A stretch of DNA of 61,428 bases, counting the filler, from Sphacelaria rigidula (taxonomy: Eukaryota), in assembly GCA_964200075.2 (NCBI GenBank). It is 9 parts of 9 records of this genome, joined end to end, with 100 filler letters (N's around TTAATTAATTAA, not from the genome) between each part and the next. Parts side by side here need not be neighbours in the genome. Positions count along the whole stretch, not along the records: positions 20,512 to 27,248 come from CAXNAA020018339.1; positions 27,349 to 34,084 come from CAXNAA020018340.1; positions 34,185 to 40,920 come from CAXNAA020018341.1; 6 more parts are not named here. One strand, 5' to 3'. A model generated the notes under the pieces. That model saw only the letters and a program-made list of their open reading frames with translations, was not told the DNA's origin and did no database searches. Numbering within the stretch: the first letter of the stretch is position 1; the number at the start of each line of letters is the position of its first letter. A program made the translations under genes and the position numbers. This document shows, one piece after another, positions 26,175 through 37,432 of this stretch.

Positions 26175-26620
26175 ATAAAAAAAAAAAAAAAAAAAGAAAC
26201 GTGCCCAACGGCAAGCGTTTGTTTTGGTGGGTGGGTGGGTGGACGAAGAAACACGATGCATCAACATATAGATAAATGTACCATGTATGGAAAAATAGTC
26301 GATATCCCCACTTCTTCGTTGGAAAATCAGGGGTTTGCTCCAAACCGGCCCCAAACAGCACCACTGCAGGGCAGACGCTTACCGGGAGTCTGCTGCACCT
26401 TGATTAGGACCACTTTCGAGATTATCGAAAGACAACACAAATCATCTCTATACGGACGGGCGCGCATGCTATCGGCTGTTACACGTAGACTGTATGTCGT
26501 TGATGCGTAAGGTCCCCCACAAGACTCCGAAACTATGGTCGCGCGAGCCTGCCTCTTTTACATGCGTAGTCATCCTCCCAGTCCTTCCTCCCCGGCAATC
26601 CAAACATGAGAAAAGGTCAC

Positions 26621-26700
26621 CTCAGGTGTGACTGAATCTCGATCTCCCGCCGAAGCTGGTGTTCCACGCCCGCTCTCAAGAGCTGCTTCTTCTGTAAGAC
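26621..26700 (-). CDS. AUR: Aurora kinase exon 1 of 6 visible (upstream exons are off-contig)
   Basis: VLQKKQLLRAGVEHQLRREIEIQSHLR (Aurora alphaC motif QLRREIEIQ); GT-AG flanked; phase 2 matches the next exon. Confidence 0.92.
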
Positions 26701-27102
26701 CTTTTTTGATTGAATTCCAGTAGAACATTCACCGCAAAACACGACGGGGAATCGGACGACGCGAAGGCGGTATAAAATCAGCGACAAACAACGACGACAT
26801 ACACATCAGACATTTTTCGTGCCGACGAGAGAGTGCGGAGAGATTCGGTCACTTGTACTTCGATTTGGAAGAAAAAAATGGCCAACGGCGCTCTCGGACT
26901 CTCTCGTTTTCACCTCCCCCCCCATGAACTCTCACTCTCTGATTTTTCCCGAAAACACACCCACAGATACACACACATCTCCTGCGCCCACGGCTACTAG
27001 CAGTACCCGAGTACAAACAATAACATCCAACAACCGCATTCATCACTGTAACACAAGGGCTGCACAACGCAAACAAGCGGTATCGATAGCCCCCTCCCCC
27101 TT

Positions 27103-27166
27103 GGTCCATTTCGAAAGGGATGCGTGGTCAATGGTCAAACGACCAAGGCAAGCGACAAGTGAGTAC
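27103..27166 (+). mobile_element. LINE subfamily A 3' end between two C-rich tracts
   Basis: CGAAAGGGATGCGTGGTCAATGGTCAAACGACCAAGGCAAGCGACAAGTGAGTAC; CCCCCTCCC occurs on both sides. Confidence 0.75.
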
Positions 27167-27784
27167 TCCCCCCTCCCATCCCCCCCACCCACGGCACCCT
27201 CTCCTCCTCCCAATAACCTTTTTTTCACCCCCTCCCCCCCCCCCCCCCNNNNNNNNNNNNNNNNNNNNNNNNNNNNNNNNNNNNNNNNNNNNTTAATTAA
27301 TTAANNNNNNNNNNNNNNNNNNNNNNNNNNNNNNNNNNNNNNNNNNNNCCCTTAACTCACGAGAAGAAACAAAAAACCTCAATGTGCTTCTTCACGACTT
27401 TTTATCATGCCCCATGCATTATCCATACCAAATCATAGGGTCTTAACTCCAAATATTGGCCAGCGCATCCGCCTTTTAAGAACCGGATCGGTAGACATTC
27501 GGAACAGTATTTCGCAGGCCGCTCACCGGCCCACGTTTGGTTTTTGGGTATTGCAAGTTTGTGTGGGCCCCCGCCACGGCATAATTAACAAAACTTAGTG
27601 GACCAGATTTTTTTCACTCATTTCTTCACTGGTTGAGGGCGTGTTAGTATGGTGAAGACCATGTTTATAAGAACGCTCTAACCTCTATGGGAAAAAAGAA
27701 CGAAGGCCCATTTTTTTGTTGGGCACTCTTCTGCGGTTCGGCTAAATGCATAAATCGATAGTTTCACGGAGATTTTAGTATTGG

Positions 27785-27955
27785 CGCTATGTCCCTTGGT
27801 TTAGGAATTACTAACATGGGGTTTAATCAACGAGAAAGTATGGGCCCAAACTTTTGAGTAGATGGGCANNNNNNNNNNCAATTCGTTTCCGGTGATGAGA
27901 TATTGCTCTGCCAGGTTAAATCCGTTTCTGGGCAGGCCCAGCCCGTACAACAAAT
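27785..27955 (+). repeat. Unclassified dispersed repeat (second copy at about 33438-33645)
   Basis: Shared blocks GGGGTTTAATCAAC.AGAAA, AGATGGGCA, GATGAGATATTGCT and AATCCGTTTCT.GGC.GGCCCAGC. Confidence 0.7.
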
Positions 27956-28356
27956 CAGTACTCTTGTATCGTAATGTGCGATGGACACCGTCTGTGCGTT
28001 CCTCAATCGGATCTGATCACGAGCCTACTTGTGGAGCGAATCGCAATCGGGAACCTGATACCTCAGTCCGTGAGATGTAACATTGCACTGCGTACAGTAT
28101 CGACTGCGGCCTTCAATCCCGATATACGTAAGAATCTATACTGTACGCAGTACACTTTTTGACGATGCCATTCCTTGTCCAGGGTGTGATGAAGACCACA
28201 GTCAAAGCCGTCCTCGTCACGTGGATTGCCGATTACTACAAAAGTCGTACATGATGTGAATGGATGACCGTCGACTGGCAACACTCGTTCTTCACATCGA
28301 CGTGCTACTGTCCCCTCTCTGTCGTGTCTCGTTCTGATTCTTTATCTGTCAACAAA

Positions 28357-28554
28357 TTTCTCGAATGTACGCCAGAGAACATCCTGGGCCTGGGTACGGG
28401 CACGACGTTCATCACCAACGAGCGATTGCTGCAGCTCATGCACCCCAAGAACCCTCAGATGCCGTATCTGTACGAGAGCTTTGCGGAGTGGGGTAACACG
28501 GCCAGTTGGGACCCATGTCCCATGTGCAAACCCGACGGGGCAACCGACTACTGA
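28357..28554 (+). CDS. Probable terminal exon; possibly the C-terminus of a tyrosinase-like protein
   Basis: GC3-rich codons after a pyrimidine tract; FITNERLLQLMHPKNPQMPYLYESFAEWG...* recalls TN..L..L..P.N..LPY.YD.F.W; exact acceptor uncertain. Confidence 0.45.
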   Translation, partial: FLECTPENILGLGTGTTFITNERLLQLMHPKNPQMPYLYESFAEWGNTASWDPCPMCKPDGATDY

Positions 28555-31250
28555 AGTGGAGCCAAGATGGAGAGGGGTTGAAAGTCAGTTGGTACATGGT
28601 GTGGGTGTTTTGATCACTTGACTTTCCAGTGTTCGTGTCGTGTTGTGGTTTACCGTGGGTTTGAGCGCGAGTTCGTGCGGTCGGTGCTATGTGGAAATGA
28701 AGAGCAGGAACGAGAGCTTTTGGCTGGTGTCTCCTGTGTACATGTTGTCCCCTCCCTCTTCCGCTTCCCCGGGCCCCCCCACCTCCCTCCCCCCCCACCC
28801 CCTCCCGTCCCCAACCCCNNNNNNNNNNGGGGTTTGGGTTGTCGGGCCCTTTGTCTTTTCCTTCCCCCCCTCCCCCCCCCCCCCCCCCCCCCCCCTCATT
28901 GTTTTGTGACCAATATTATTATAGCACGTGATTGGTTTTCCGCTGCGGGTTTGTCCGGAAGAAGCGAACTCATGTGAGTCCTTTAATCATGGTTATAGCT
29001 GTGTACTTACGATGCGTGTGTGCCGAAGTGCTCACTTGTGTGACCACGTCGTGATGTTTTTTTGTTGACCGGTGTATGCAGTGAGGGTTGCACAACTTGA
29101 CAAGTCAGCTCTTGGTATATATAAATATATATATATATATTTACATGTAATATTCTTTTCACTTTACTTGAATTAATGGTCATGCGTAATGGGAGGGGGG
29201 TGAGAATAACTCGTCTTGTCGACACCCCCTCGATTCGTGCTTGGTTTTCGTACACCGATATCTATGCGGTATTGTGAGGGTGATTCTTGGAGGCGTGGTG
29301 TACTTGTAACGCAGTAAGCTTGTTGCAGCCATGCTACCGTACACAACCTGCCGCACGCTACACGTCGCGGATGTACAATCGATGAGCGTGAGGGCGGCGG
29401 AATCCAGTAGAACCAGATATTTCTGCCAACAGGTATTGTGATCTTGTAGTTACTCGAACACGGTGTGGGCCAGGTAGACGGGGTTATAGGGTTGGTAGGT
29501 TTCGTGCATCTGCTCTGACAGAAGCTTTCGGACCCCGCCACCTTCTCCACGTCAACTTGTTCAACTACTTGCCGCCACCCACACTGAACTCGGTACGTGT
29601 GGTGCGGGCATTATGTAGGTTTGTAGGTGGCGCTCCTTTTTCTCTGTTCGCAGTTTAACGTCGGCGGTCACTTGATAGTTGTGCGGTGATGGATTGCTTT
29701 TAGTCTCTATTAGATACTGTATGGGATGGTGGCGAGCGGCGCAGGGTCGGGGCATGACGTGTCTACTTGAGAGGTGGTGTTTGATGTTTGCTGGTGTTTT
29801 CTTGTCGTTAGGTACATCGATGGATTGACATCGCGTGTAGTTGGAATTTGTTGATTTTTCGGAGATTTTGAGGGGACGAATAAAACGTTTCAAACCAAAG
29901 AGAACCACGTTATAACTGAGAACATGGGCAATGTTGTAACCAATCACATATTGCACACATCGGACAGTTGGTGGTTTCCCGAAATAACCAATCGAAGAGG
30001 GCTCTTGGATACGGTGTCGAAGACAAAATACGTGACAGCGGTGTCGGAGGAGCTACAGCGCCATCTGTGCCATTTTACAGTACAAACTTGATTTTAGTAT
30101 AGACTCCGCCACACATTTTTTTCTGCCGGCCTTCTGCATGGGGCCCGCAGTCTTACAGAGTAGTCAGCGTCAACAGTATGCAGAATCCGTAATTTCTTAG
30201 TTTCTCAAAAGAGTGTCCAAATTTGTTCTGCCTGCCACCGCTCATCACGGTGACTAATGGATGCGAACAAATGGGCATCTGGAGATATTCGAAGCCTCTT
30301 GACAAATATTGACAGAAAAATCATCTGCGATCAATCATGAGTGACTAACGGGATTGACCGATCTTCGGGGGTCTTGCGAAAAGACAACCCCAGGCTCTAG
30401 CTTTCGGTGTTTTCGGTGGACCGACTCGATCCGGATTGAATGAGTGAAAACTAGAAAATGATCATGTTTTTTTAGCACCACCTGGTCACTGCGCTCAAGC
30501 AGGAAAATATGTTTCTTGGACTATTTACGGTCAACGGCACCTCCCCGGCAAACGTCTTTACCCGGTATCCCCCTGCAACAACAAATTGGGCGATTGTAAC
30601 TTGAGCACGGTTTACTTATTTTGCCTAAACTATCGACGCAAGCACCTCCGAGCGCTGATGGAAAATGTTTGAGCGAAAAAACCCGAAAATAGGTCACCCA
30701 CAGAAAATGCTACACTGAGGTCTCTGCAGTATGGGAGGGAAACACGATACCGATCGTTTTTGTGAAGAACTTTGAACGTGGTAACTTATGCACATATTTA
30801 CCGGTTTGTCGCTGGAGAGCGGGAAAACTGCTTATATTGGACCAAGAACGGTCAGTGACATCCTGACAAACGGGGTATCAAACCCGTATCGCCCCAAGAA
30901 CATCAACGTGAGCACTGCAGTTTGAGCGCGGCCTACACTTTCTCCCTAAATCTACCGCCGCTAGCACTTTCGAGTAGTGGTGAAGAACGGTACCCCAGAA
31001 AAACTCAGAAGAAAGGACGACGACGAACTCTGAAAACTTTTGACGCTGACTACTATTCGGTACAGTGCAAGAACAAATTCTTGGAAATGGCGTTGAAAAT
31101 GAAGATGAAGTTCAACTTTTAACACGGTGTTTCCCCGACCTGATGTCATGACCACTTGATGTCGGTGTTCCTAGCATTCCATTCCTCCAACGGGGGCAGG
31201 TGCGATTTTTTTTTTTTTCTTGGCCTCGATTTCGGGTTGGTGAAACGGAC

Positions 31251-31848
31251 GATGATGTTTTCGTGAGATGAAGAGTAGAGAAGATAATCGGAAGCGGAGA
31301 GCGGTCAGTCAGGGAATGAATGGCATCAATTCCGAAATGCCCCTCCACGAAGCCCGATGTCCTCTCTGTAACAGTTTATCTGAGACTCTCCGAGTAGGAT
31401 ATCGACGTGTAGCTGAAGCCACACGCAAGTAACAGTGTTTTCGTGAGATTGAGAGTGTAGATGATACGATTGAGAGTGGCTTTCATCATTCGCTTTAAGT
31501 GAGTCATTTTTTTATTCCACGTGTTTTTTTTACCATCACTTGCGTGTGCTTACAGCTACACGGCGATATCCTACCCAGGGATATCAAGGGCCTCAGTGGC
31601 CAGCTATTATTATTGCAGAAAGCATGTTGGGCCTCGTGGACGTGCATTTCGGAACTGAAATGATTCATTCACTGAGTGACCGCTTTTCACTCTCAATCGT
31701 ATCATCTACTCTCAATTTTTCGAAAACACTGTTGAGTGATGATGGAGGCGAAGAAGAGCTTACGGAATGAAAAACTCGCCAAGTCTAAGCGAACGATCGA
31801 AGCCATCCTCAATCAGCCGTCTCCTCTCAAAATCACGAAAACGTTGTT
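31251..31848. mobile_element. MITE family B, outer older copy
   Basis: Degenerate TIRs TGTTTTCGTGAGAT / ATCACGAAAACGTTGTT; collinear with 42984-43273 once the inner copy is removed. Confidence 0.7.
31431..31733. mobile_element. MITE family B, inner copy in opposite orientation
   Basis: About 45-bp TIRs AACAGTGTTTTCGTGAGATTGAGAGT... / ...ACTCTCAATTTTTCGAAAACACTGTT; flanks AAGT / GAGT. Confidence 0.8.
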
Positions 31849-32698
31849 TAGATGCTTCTTATTAGCCCAGAAATCGTGATTTCACATAACTTATGCCCTG
31901 GGTGAAGGGAAGATATGGGGAGAACCCCCCAAATAGTTTTGAGGAGGTCCAGGGGATGAGGTCGTCCATATGAAGGTGATTTATCATGACTCCAGGTCGG
32001 GGTGTAAGCACTGTGTTTGTTATGGAACCTCATTTTTATCTACAGCTGTACAACCCCATTTATCTGGTAGATTCCTCTGATACGTGGCAGCGCTATCCAG
32101 AAGAACAGTGTGGCCTCACCAGCGGTGCTCTGTTAATTGGTATACGGGTTGGTGTACCCAAGGTACGTGCGGTTTGAGCATCGCCGCGCCCGCGGCGTAC
32201 AGTATATGATTTTCCATGTGGCCGAGGTTGGTGTTGCAATCTCTATTTTTTTTTAGTTGGGCTGAGCTTGCTGCTGCTGCATTTGATCTATGCTTTGGAT
32301 GCGGGAGGTGCGACAATATAATAATATCGTTCTATCGTCGTCATCGCTGAGTGAGTGTTGCTTCATGTTGTTGCCCGGACGGAATATACCCCGCGAAGAG
32401 GGCTGTAACCGCATCAATGTTGCTGGCTCCCTTTTGGTGGTTGTCGTGCTGTTGTTTTGGGTGGGCTCATTTTTTTTCAGCACTCTCTCCTTTGTGGTTC
32501 TTTATCCTGAGTTTCAGATCATAAGTCTGGAAATTGAGCGAAGAAATTGAGATAAAACCCAAGTGCAGTGTCCATTTCTCCTCGAAACTGCCCAATAAAC
32601 CGGAAATAATTTAAAAAAAAACAAGAAAAAATTAAAAAGCTGTTTCTTCTAGCTTCATTATGCACCATCGGTTCTCCATATGAAATTTCATAGCCCAA

Positions 32699-33191
32699 GG
32701 CTACTTCTTATTATGTATCAAGATATAAACTTGTTGAAAAGTGCATTTTTGGGCCTTCTCTGTCGATTTTCCTCCGAAAAGAGGACGACGCGGCTGTTGA
32801 CACCTTAGAATGACTTGCTCTACTCGCTCAGGCGGTCCCAAAGCACACATTACATGCGTTTGCCGTACGTCACGGTTTCGGATTTGGCCAAACTTGCATT
32901 TTCAATAACAACAAACAAACGGTCATGTTACCTCAAAACAGGGGGAAAACTGACATTTTTTTGGTAACTTGACCGTTCATTAATGAAAACGCAAGTTTGG
33001 CCAAAAACGAAACCGTGATCTACGGCAAACGCAAAGGTGCTCAGGAACCGTCTCGGCGAGTAGAGCAAGTAGTACTTCCAAGGTGTCAGTAGCCACCTCG
33101 TCCTTTTTTCGGAGGAAAAACGATGGAGAAGGTCCAAAAATGCACTTATTATCAACAACTTTTATTTTTTGACACATAATAAGAAGTAGCC
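32699..33191. mobile_element. Foldback MITE (near-complete palindrome of about 490 bp), Tourist/PIF-like
   Basis: Arms of about 240 bp are reverse complements (GGCTACTTCTTATTATGT / ACATAATAAGAAGTAGCC); flanks CAA / TAA. Confidence 0.8.
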
Positions 33192-33900
33192 TAACTCTCA
33201 AAAAGTGAGACGCGATACAGTATCCAGATTTACTTCTTCTAAAGCCTCTGCTAGGAACATACTGACTTTAGTATTGAAACTTGTGTGCGCCAAATCTCGA
33301 GATAGATGACGAATTAGGTGAAGGTGGGGGGGGGTATCTATCGTCTCCCCGTCCGTGCTCCAGGGAATGTCCACACCAAAAATCGTCGTCATCCGCTGAA
33401 TGCATCGATCGGGGTTTCATATAGATTTCAGTGTGGACGCTATTTCCGTTAGGTATAGGAACTATTAGACATGGGGGTTTAATCAACAAGAAATATTGGC
33501 CCAGACTTATGAACAGATGGGCACCTCCCCCTTGATTGACGATTCATACGATATTATGCGGATCATGGTCCAACTAACTCGTCTGTGTCGATGAGATATT
33601 GCTTTGAGAGCTTGAATCCGTTTCTAGGCTGGCCCAGCTCGTGAAACACAAGTGTCTGCGCATGTCTATACAATCGAGAAGTCATGGAGCATCCTCAGTA
33701 GCTGCCCATGGACCCTTGGCGAGGCCGTCAGAGCGAGGGAGACCATCATCGGTGCTGCTACTAATATGGTATTATATTATTTTTATCATCATCAGGGGCT
33801 AACAGAGCGGTGCGCACAGCAGTAGTGGTAGTGAGATATGGGTACCGAGAGCAAAACAATAACAACTTGTGATCATGAGGGTGATCACGAGGGGAAAAAA

Positions 33901-34084
33901 GGGGAGGGGAGGGGGGGGGGTGTACTCATCATGATCATGCATGCCATAGTCATCAGATCATTGACCTCGCATCCCTACAAAAAGCCGGGACGGAGCACGG
34001 CGGGTCTTTGCCGGACCAGGCTTGCACGCAAACCGCCAAGTGCGAAGCGCCGTGGTGTGCTCGGCGAGTCGCATGAAGGGTGAG
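33901..34084 (-). mobile_element. LINE subfamily B 3' end adjoining a G-tract
   Basis: GGGGAGGGGAGGGGGGGGGG-TGTACTCATCATGATCATGCATGCCATAGTC...; cut by contig end. Confidence 0.75.
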
Positions 34085-34184
34085 NNNNNNNNNNNNNNNN
34101 NNNNNNNNNNNNNNNNNNNNNNNNNNNNTTAATTAATTAANNNNNNNNNNNNNNNNNNNNNNNNNNNNNNNNNNNNNNNNNNNN

Positions 34185-34316
34185 GCGCTTCGCAGTTGTT
34201 GGTTTGTGTGCATGCCTGGTCCCGCTAAACCCCGGCGTGCTCCGTCCCGGCATTGTAGGGATGCGAGGTCGATGTTCTTATGACTACGGCATGCATGATC
34301 ATGAGTACACCTCCCC
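34185..34316 (+). mobile_element. LINE subfamily B 3' end
   Basis: GCGTGCTCCGTCCCGGC...CATGATCATGAGTACACCTCCCC. Confidence 0.75.
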
Positions 34317-35560
34317 GGTTTGTTTGTTTCTTTCTCCGTCTGTTATTGGCAATTGTTTTCCGAGAAAACTGTGAAATGTTCCGTCGCCAATACCTCACGA
34401 AGAAAAACAAAACGGGAGAAACGAAGGGGTGTTGGCACATACGTCCTGTACATCATGTGAAGATATCACCGAAAACGACTACAAATTGAGCTCGGAAATT
34501 GCGTCATCCACTCGAAGTCTGATTCCCATGTGAAAATGGAACCTCAGCCGGAAGTTCGCCTTTGACTTGTCTTTTTCCACCTTCGGCTAGGAGGTGTTCA
34601 CAAACTGGTCGTTGGTTCGCACACTACCACCAGACGCCTTGGTGCGCTGCGGGCCTCGTGCCATCTTGGATACTGCGCGCCTAGTGCGACATGTGTTGTT
34701 GTACGATCGTAGCTTGTGCGGCGCCACGCGGCACAACCCACTGTAATTGAAAATCCTATTTCAGCTGTTTCCTTTCGGCCAATTCCGTCGCACATGGTAC
34801 CGTCAACTCTCTACACTTTCGCCCTTGACTACAGTATCGTATTGCATTTGATGAGTCCTTGTCGGATTGCAGTGCTTCATGGATTCGAAGATGCGCGTTG
34901 ATTTGCCGAAAACCATGATGTGTCATGGTGGGAACAACTCGCGACACATCGTCTGTTAGAACGGGCTGAAGGAAAGTGAGCTTCTTAGGTGGTCCAGCTT
35001 GTATGGATTTTGGATTCAAGTCTTAATTATGACGTGAGGCATATTTCACCCCACGATCCTGGATGAGCCTCAAAAGTCGTGTCTGTTCGTGTCTGTTCGT
35101 GACTGTGGTCAGTGACACTTTTTTTGCCCATTGTGGGGGATCAGGCACACTCATGGTAGTGTCGCCCAATAAACATGTGTGCAGCAAGCCTGCATGCGCC
35201 AGGGACGCTTCATGTTGTCGCGACGTGACGCCCTCGGCTCGGCGACACTTCCAGGCTCTCTAGCGACAAGCTGAATTGACCGTTGCTAGCCATACTGTAC
35301 ATGAAAAAATTGTGCAAACCGTTTTGTCGACCTGCGACAGTTTTAACCTGGTGTGTACTAACTAATACCTAGCCATTCCCTCTCTGTGTGCTTTCGGCTG
35401 CCACTTCCCGCCGCTGCACAGACAAGGCCGACGTAGCGCCAACTCTTGCAGTGCATAGCTCCTGAGACGTGTGGTTCCGCCAGGGCTGCTCTCGCAGATA
35501 CCGCTGTGTACAGTTGAAGGCATCGATCAGGCGAAGCTTGATTCTTGGCACGCCTTTCAG

Positions 35561-37432
35561 ATGTCTTCGACTTGCTCCTATATCGGGTGCTCTAAGCTGG
35601 CGTCGTTCGGATCGGAGAACTCTACACAACCGGAGTTCTGCTTCAAGCACGCTGAAGACGGCATGGTGTGCATCAGGAAGACCGACTGTTGTTGGCACGA
35701 CGGCTGCTCTATGACCCCATCGTTCGGCCTGGCGGGTGCCAAGAGGCCAGATTTTTGTGCGAAGCACGCGAAGGAAGGCATGGTGAACGTGAGGGGAAAG
35801 CGTTGTTCCCACAACGGTTGCTCGAAGATGCCGTCTTTCGGGTTGGAGAGCAACAGGCCGGAATTCTGCTTGGAACACGCGGAGGATGGTATGGTGAACG
35901 TATGTGGTAAGAGGTGCTCCCACGAGGGCTGCTCAGGGCGGCCCTCACATGGCTTGGGGGGGACTGGAAGGGCAGAGCTTTGCTCAGTTCACGCTCAGAA
36001 GGACATGGTGCGCGTGAGGACCGAGAGATGCAGCCACCGCAACTGCTCGAAAATACCGTATTTTGGTGTGCAAGGCTCACGGACTGCGGAGTTCTGCTTG
36101 GAGCACGTCGAGGAGGGAATGGTGGGTGTGAAGCGTCGGGTGTGCTCTCATGAAGGCTGCTTGAAGATGCCGTCGTTCGGATGGGAGGGCTCCACCGAAG
36201 TGAAGTTTTGTTTCACGCACGCCCAGGAGGGCATGGTAAACATCAAGTTAAGGAGGTGCTCCCACGAGGGCTGCCTTGGTCATCCTTGGTATGGGGTGTT
36301 GGGGTCTCGAAAGGCGGAATTCTGTTCGCAGCACGCCGAGAAAGACATGGTATTCATCAAGAAGAATAGAAAATGCTCACACGAGGGCTGCTCGAAGAGA
36401 CCGACGCATGGTGTGCTTAGTACCGGGAAGAGCGAGCTCTGCGCACAGCATGCCAAGGACGGCATGATGAACATAAATTCCAGGAAGTGCTCCCGCGAAG
36501 GTTGTTTCAAGGGGCCGTCGTATGGTTTTGAAGGACAGAAAGCAAAGTTTTGCTCCTTGCATCGCGAGGAAGGCATGGTGCGCGTACGTGTCCAGAAGTG
36601 CCTCAAAGAGGGATGCTTGAGGAGGGTACTATACGACGGCAAGGCTGGGCACAACGATGGGTTCTGTTTCAGACATGACGAGAACAGCATCGCGAAACTG
36701 AAGAAAAGGTGCTCCCGCGAGGGCTGCTGGAATAGAGCGATATTCGCGGTACCGGGTTCCGAAAGTGCGGAGCTCTGCTCTCGGCACGTCGAGGATGGGA
36801 TGGTGAACGTTGTGGTCAAAAAGTGCGCGCATGAGGGTTGCCTCAGGTGGCCGATTTATGGCGTGAAGGGTACGAGGAAACCGCAGTTCTGCAAGCAGCA
36901 CGCAGCGGAGGACATGGTTAACGTCAAGACACGCAAATGCTCCCGTGAGGATTGCCCGAAGACAGCGTCATTCGGCTTGAAGGGCACCACACGAGCGTTG
37001 TTCTGCTCTGAGCATGCTGAGGAGGGCATGGTGGACGTGAAGCACTCAAAGTGCCCCCTCGAGGGCTGCAACAAGCGATTGACGCATGGGGTGAGGGGTA
37101 CAAAAAAAGCGGAATATTGCTCGGTTCATGCGAAGGAGGGCATGGTTGACGTACGTTGCAAGAAGTGCTCCTACGAGGGCTGCTTCAAGCAGCCAACTTT
37201 CGGGCTGGAAGGCACGATAAGCGCCGTGCGGTGCTTGCCGCACGCCGAAGACGGTATGGTCAACGTGACAGCGAGTCACCGCTTGAGGCACGCCGAAGAC
37301 GGTATGGTCAACGTGACAGCGAGTCACCGCCGCAAGGACGGAGCGGAGAAAATGGACGGGCCAAAACAAGCCAAGATAACCTCCGGTAACGATCCAGTTC
37401 GTTTTTCCAAAAGGATACGACTACAAAAATGA
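35561..37432 (+). CDS. EsV-1-7 cysteine-rich repeat protein (15 tandem Cys3His repeats, basic C-terminus)
   Basis: Uninterrupted ORF with repeats C-x4-C-x3-P-x-[FYH]-G-x8/9-[FLY]-C-x2-H-x3-[GD]MV, matching the EsV-1-7 motif; ATG at 35561 directly follows TTTCAG, so an upstream exon is possible; the frame is open from 35471. Confidence 0.92.
   Translation: MSSTCSYIGCSKLASFGSENSTQPEFCFKHAEDGMVCIRKTDCCWHDGCSMTPSFGLAGAKRPDFCAKHAKEGMVNVRGKRCSHNGCSKMPSFGLESNRPEFCLEHAEDGMVNVCGKRCSHEGCSGRPSHGLGGTGRAELCSVHAQKDMVRVRTERCSHRNCSKIPYFGVQGSRTAEFCLEHVEEGMVGVKRRVCSHEGCLKMPSFGWEGSTEVKFCFTHAQEGMVNIKLRRCSHEGCLGHPWYGVLGSRKAEFCSQHAEKDMVFIKKNRKCSHEGCSKRPTHGVLSTGKSELCAQHAKDGMMNINSRKCSREGCFKGPSYGFEGQKAKFCSLHREEGMVRVRVQKCLKEGCLRRVLYDGKAGHNDGFCFRHDENSIAKLKKRCSREGCWNRAIFAVPGSESAELCSRHVEDGMVNVVVKKCAHEGCLRWPIYGVKGTRKPQFCKQHAAEDMVNVKTRKCSREDCPKTASFGLKGTTRALFCSEHAEEGMVDVKHSKCPLEGCNKRLTHGVRGTKKAEYCSVHAKEGMVDVRCKKCSYEGCFKQPTFGLEGTISAVRCLPHAEDGMVNVTASHRLRHAEDGMVNVTASHRRKDGAEKMDGPKQAKITSGNDPVRFSKRIRLQK

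Noticed and set aside
29910..30040. RING-like CHVFC...WL...CPMC on the minus strand
   Set aside because: The two halves are in different frames and there are no convincing splice sites; probably chance
34084..34185. A single continuous LINE or inverted structure spanning the gap
   Set aside because: The two sides are on different contigs joined by an artificial linker
35369..37369. Antisense and alternate-frame ORFs over the EsV-1-7 gene
   Set aside because: Shadows of the repetitive, GC3-biased coding strand
35561..37432. Integrated phaeovirus (EVE) segment
   Set aside because: No other viral genes on the contig and the flanks are host-type TEs; it fits a host-expanded gene family better
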